Assembly (NCBI GenBank): GCA_029288775.1
Contig: JARIGQ010000004.1
Coordinates: forward strand, 3,303 to 67,302
Reading direction: 5' to 3'
Origin: Candidatus Nomurabacteria bacterium
GTDB taxonomy: Bacteria > Patescibacteriota > Minisyncoccia > Phycocordibacterales > UBA5272
DNA length: 64,000 nucleotides
The notes beneath the pieces were generated by a model. That model saw only the letters and a list, made by a program, of their open reading frames with translations. It had not been told where the DNA came from and did not search any database. The position numbers and the translations under genes are program-made. Below are positions 34,001-40,000 of this stretch, one piece after another (position 1 is the stretch's first letter; every line of letters begins with the position of its first letter).

Positions 34001-37000
34001 CCTTGGAAGTGGCAAGTAGCTCAGCCTTCGGTGTGCCTAGCGCCACACAGGCTCCAATTCTTATTCGTGGAGGTGCATCAGGCACTGCGATGCTTACATT
34101 TACACGCACCGTCGGGGCTACTGCTCAGTATTCCTGGGCGCTTGCCGGAGGAGGGCTTTCGTTTAGCGACGATTTAAACGGAGGAGTGACTACTAACGTC
34201 TTTGGAGATAATAATATCAATCAACTCTACATTGGTCAGCGTTCCCGTATTACTGATACCTCAGGTAAGCCATCACTCCTTGCAGGACAAAGCTATTCAA
34301 ACCTAGCTGGTAGTGATATTAATGCTGGACTATTTACTATTCGTGGAGGACTAGGTAATGGAGCTGGAACACCAGGAGATATTACCTTTGAAACAGGGAA
34401 TGTACTTGCTACAGGGTCAACGCCACAGTCAGCAACTCGCCGAATGACTATTTTGGCAAATTCTGGAAACGTAGGTATCGGTACAACAACCCCAGGGTCA
34501 CTTCTTTCAGTACAGGGAAATGGTTACTTCGGAGGTAATTTTACGGCGACAGGTACTATAACTTCTCTTGGTACCGCCACATCATCTTTTGTCGGTGCGT
34601 TAGGAGTCGGTACTTCTACACAAAGTTATAAGTTCGCAGTTATGGGTACAAATGGTATTGGGGTAGACACGGAAAGTGCAGGAGGAAGTGCTGTAGGACT
34701 TGTTTCAATCAATAATGCAACCATTCGATTGAATACTGCAAACTTTGTTCAACTGGAAGGTACGCAAGGTACTAGATTTACAAATAATGGTGCAAGTGTT
34801 GAATACGGAAGAATCACATCTGCAGGTCTCGGCATCGGTACCACAACTCCAGGTTCCAAGCTCTCGGTACAAGGTGATTCATACTTGGCTGGTAACGTGA
34901 CTGCAACGGGTACGCTTAACATGCTTGGAACAAGCAGCTCAACAATTGCAGGTGCGCTATCAATCGGAACTACATCTGCTCCGGCTGCTCTCCTTGATGT
35001 AGGAGGAAACACTCGTATCGGTCTTAACACCATTTCATTCCTCGGTACGGCAACTATTTCAAGCCAGGGACAAATCAACATCAATTCAGGAAGTACCCGC
35101 GACATTCAGCTTAATACCAACACTGGAAACTTCAGCGTCCTTGGTAATGGTAACTCGAACAACTTTACCGTGTTGGGATCGAATGGCAACGTGGGTATCG
35201 GCACTAGTTCACCTTCTTATAAGTTGGAAGTAAACGGAGCAGCAAATATTCGTGTAGCAACAGATCAAAATATGCGCTTCGGCTCAAATAGTAACGGAGC
35301 TTTCTTGGCTACGTATCTGGATACTCAAGCCTCTTTCAATACTATACAGCTTTATGGCAGTACCATCCTTCTTAATCCAAATGCAGGTGGCAATGTAGGC
35401 ATCGGTACTACGACTCCACTTGGATCTAAGCTTGCCGTACAGGGAGATGGATACTTCGGAGGCAATCTTACAGCAACTGGCACACTCACCGTACTTAGTT
35501 CTGCGCTCTTTGGTGGCAACGTGCTTCCAAATGTTACGAACACGTATGATCTCGGTTCTGCTTCAGCTCGCTGGAATAATCTCTTCGTCAATAACTTCAC
35601 TGCATCATCATCAGTTGCGGATTACTTCACCGCAGCTTCAACTACCGCGACAAGTACCTTTAATGGAAACGTAGTGATTGGAAGTGGATCATTCGCATAT
35701 GATGCATCTTCAACCCAGACGACGATTTCCAACCTTGCAATCGGTAACCTTGCATTCGATCAGGATGCAGGCCAGGTATCATGGGTAGATCTTCCAATTT
35801 CTGGAGCAACTGCAACAGGCACCATCATGAGCTACACTTCACAGCTCGGTGGCAACAACATGCTTACTGTTTACGGTGAGCATGATGGTCAGGGTGGTAT
35901 CCAGAATCCACGCTTTGGATTCGGTACGACAACGCCGACATCATACTTCCACATTGCTGCGACAGGTACCAACCCATTCTTCACAGTTGGTACTTCAACC
36001 AACCAGGGTCTCTTCACCATCCTTTCAAATGGTTACGTAGGACTTGGAACTTCTACTCCGTCATCTAATCTTTATATTCAGGGATCTGATGTGACTCCTA
36101 ATTTGACCGTTGCTTCTTCAAGTGGGGCAACACAGTTCACGGTGCTTGCAAATGGCAATGTCGGTATCGGTACTTCAACTCCTGGATCTAAGTTCTCTGT
36201 AACTGGTGATTCATACTTCGGAGGTAATGTGTATGCAACGGGTACGCTCACTAGCGTAGGAGCAATTACGTCTTCTACTGCCACTGCAAGTAGTAGTATT
36301 GCCGGAGGTCTTAAAATCGCTTCGGGAGGGCTTGGGTCACTTCAGAATGGGCTTACAGTAGGAAATACTACAGGACTTAATCACACGGTAGATATTGGCG
36401 CAACCGGTATGGCTACCCTTCGTCTATCGGATTCCGGAGGCCGCTCTATTACATTTGGTTCAAACCGCAACTCATATGATGCTATAAGCGGAACTGCAGC
36501 TTTTGTAGGTGTACAGGATGGAGGAAGTCTCCTTTTGCGTGCGACACAAGGAACGTCTAATCATGTTATTCTTCAGCCGGGAGCGACAGGAACAGTCTAT
36601 GCTATAGGTCAATCATTTGCGGTTGTGCCTAATCCATCAGCTACATACTCAGCACTCTTTAACGTAGGAACAGGGTCGTCTACTCAGCAGCTGGTAGCTG
36701 TCGCTACGACAACAAACGCTGGCATCTTCAACATCCTCGCAAATGGTGCGGTAGGTATCGGTACGACAACTCCTACCACTCCTTTGACAGTTGTAGGCAA
36801 TAGCAGCTTCTTCCCATCGACAAATGGAGTTGTAACTATTGCGAGCGCTAGTTGGAATGCTAATGCTCCTCTTAAGATGGGACAAATCGGTAGTTCTGGA
36901 GCAATTCAGTTTGCTCGCGCAAGCGACGGAAATGGAGTTGCTAGTATCGGATATGCCAGCGGTACAAACAGTACAGACTTCCGTATCGGAAGCAATGGTG

Positions 37001-40000
37001 GATTTGGAACGATCAACTTCGACGTAGCCGGTGTTAATTCTGTAATGACCCTCGATTCAAACAGCCGTGTCGGTATTGGTACAACTTCGCCCGGATCTCT
37101 CTTCTCTGTACAGGGAAATGGTTACTTCGGAGGCAATATTACAGCGACAGGTACAATCACATCGCTTGCAACAGGTACTTCAACTCTTAATGGTAATCTT
37201 TCTCTGGCATACCAGACAGGTATCTTTACAACAAGCAACGGTACAAGTACATTGCTCCAAGTAACTCGTAGCGATGGTACTCAACCAGGTCTCTTCCGTA
37301 CAAACGGATGGAGAGATTTCACTGTAAGCGGCGCGTTTGGCGTAGGTTATGATCTTGCAACCACTACAGGTTCTGCTGGTGCAGGCAATCTCCTTGTGTC
37401 TGGAAATATTGGTATTGGTACAACGAGTCCCGCAGCAGCCCTTCATCTTACAGGTAGTTCTAATATGGCCCTTCGTATCCAGTCTTCTGGCGTAAATGGG
37501 TACGCTGAACTCAAGAATGCTAGCGTGAACGGATCACCTTCACAGTTAAATGTGTCTTCAGATAATAATGACGACACCCAGCCTGCATTTACTATTAACG
37601 CTTTCCGCACTACAGGAGGTGTTGTAGGCAACCTAAATGCAGCAAAGTCACTTCTCTCAGTGGCAGCTAGTGGTACTAGCGTGTTTGATATCAAGCAATC
37701 AGGAAATGTTGGTATCGGTACTTCAACTCCACAGTCTGCACTTGAAATTACTGGTGCGAACAAGAAGCTTACGTTCTCGCTTGCCACTACCACAACTACG
37801 TTCTCACAGATTTACAATGATGGAAATAACCTTAATATTTGGAGTCAAAGCAATAGCGGATCCCTTATTAACTTCCAGGTTAATGCTCAAACTTTGAGCC
37901 TCGCTCCAAATCTTTTCGGGGCATCTAACTATTGGGGCTTTGATGGTCAAACTGTTACAGGGCGAGACTTTGGTATTCGTAGCGGCGCAGGTATGATATT
38001 CACTACAAATACTAGAAACTTTGCAAGTCCAGCCCTCTATCTTGCAAGTAGTTCAGCTATTGCACTTATCGGTGTAGGTACTTCTTCTCCAAGCGCAACA
38101 CTCTTTGTACAAGGTTCTGCTTCATCTACGCTTAACCCATTTGCTGTTGCTTCCTCATCAGGTACTAATCTCTTCACCATTAATCCAAGCGGTAACGTAG
38201 CTATCGGAATGACTCCAGTGTCCGCAGGGCTTGTAATAAATGGTATCGATAACGGAGCAGGAGGATCACCTACTGGAGCTGGAGGTCTACGCGTATATCG
38301 TCCGAATAGTGGATCACAATATATCAGTCTTGATTACTCAGATGGTAGTCAAGGATACCTTACAGCTAATGGAGATAAGGGATTCAACCTTGTAAACTAC
38401 GGCAGCTCTACAGGAAATAATATTCGCATCGTAAATAACTATGCAAACGCAAGCGTAAGCAATGGTATCTTCGTAAGTACTTCCAATAACGTAGGTATCG
38501 GTACCACTACCCCAGGTTCACTCTTTTCTGTACAAGGAAATGCATATGTTGGAGGTAACGTTACTGCAACGGGTACGCTTACCACACTCGGTACAGCAAC
38601 TTCATCTGTGATGGGATCCCTGGTTATCGGTACAAGTACTATGACTTCTGTAGCGGGCCAGCTCGATGTCTTTGCATCTGCTGCAGGAGTCGGTTCATAT
38701 ATTCGTGGCAATAACCCTTCAAATTCAAATAACCTTGTTCTCGGTATTGCAAATGGTTTCAATATTGCACCTACCGCTATGACAGGATTTTACAATGATT
38801 CCGGTAATAACGTTGGTCTTCGATTCTTGGATACTAACGGTGCTGTGTCACGCGCCAAGATTGGTACAAATAGCGATACGTACTTTGCTGTCGGGCTAGG
38901 TAATGTCGGTATCGGTACCTCAACTCCTGGATCTAAGTTCTCTGTAACTGGCGATTCATACTTCGGAGGAAATATTACAGCAACAGGTACGCTCAATGTT
39001 TTCAACAACATCCGTATCTCAGGATCAGGTAATGGTCTTTACTTCCCAGATGGAACATTCATGGGAACTGCAGCGGGTACTTCAACAGGCATTACATCCC
39101 CTACTGATCTTGCACTCGCAGCAGATAACGATACTGATGGATCAGGTGTACTTACTTTCTCAACCTTCGGTCTTGAGAGAATGCGAGTACTTAACAACGG
39201 CTCAATTGGTATCGGAACCACTTCACCAGCTGGTCTCCTCGGGGTAAATGGTGATGGATACTTTGGCGGCAATCTTACTGCAACAGGAACTCTTTTCTCT
39301 TCAAACATTGATACGGATGCCAACAATGCAACTCTTCGTCTAAAGACACAAGGAATAACACGTCTTACAATTGATAATTCAAACACTCAATTCAACAACA
39401 ATGCTATTCCTAATGTTGACAATACTCGCTCGCTAGGTTCACTTTCAGCTAGATGGAATTCACTTAATATTGGTACAGGAACATCAACTTTTGCTGGCGC
39501 TGTAGGTATAGGCACCACAACACCTGCTGAAGCTCTTGAAGTTGCTAATGGGAATATTCAGATCGGGTTCAATCAGTTCTTGAAGGGTCGATCAGCTAGC
39601 GGTGCATCCTTCAATCTTATTGGTGTTAATTCATCAGGAAATACAACTGTAGGTAATCTCAACCATCTTATCTTCATCGCTAGCGGTGCTGAACGTGCTC
39701 GTATCGATGGTCCAACAGGAAACTTCGGTATCGGTACTACTTCACCTGGATCACTCCTTTCCGTACAAGGAAATGGTTACTTCGGAGGTAACCTTACTGC
39801 GACAGGTACGATAACTGGTGCAAGTACTATTACTGCTTCAGGTCAGATTACATCAGGTAATATTGGTTTTCAAACAATCGGTAATGGTAATGGTACATGG
39901 TTTGGAAGGCAGCTCACTATTACGGGTGGAACCTATATTGTCAGTGCGGCCAATGGTACGACGTTTAATTCTGCTACGACATCTTTCAATGGAGCTGTTG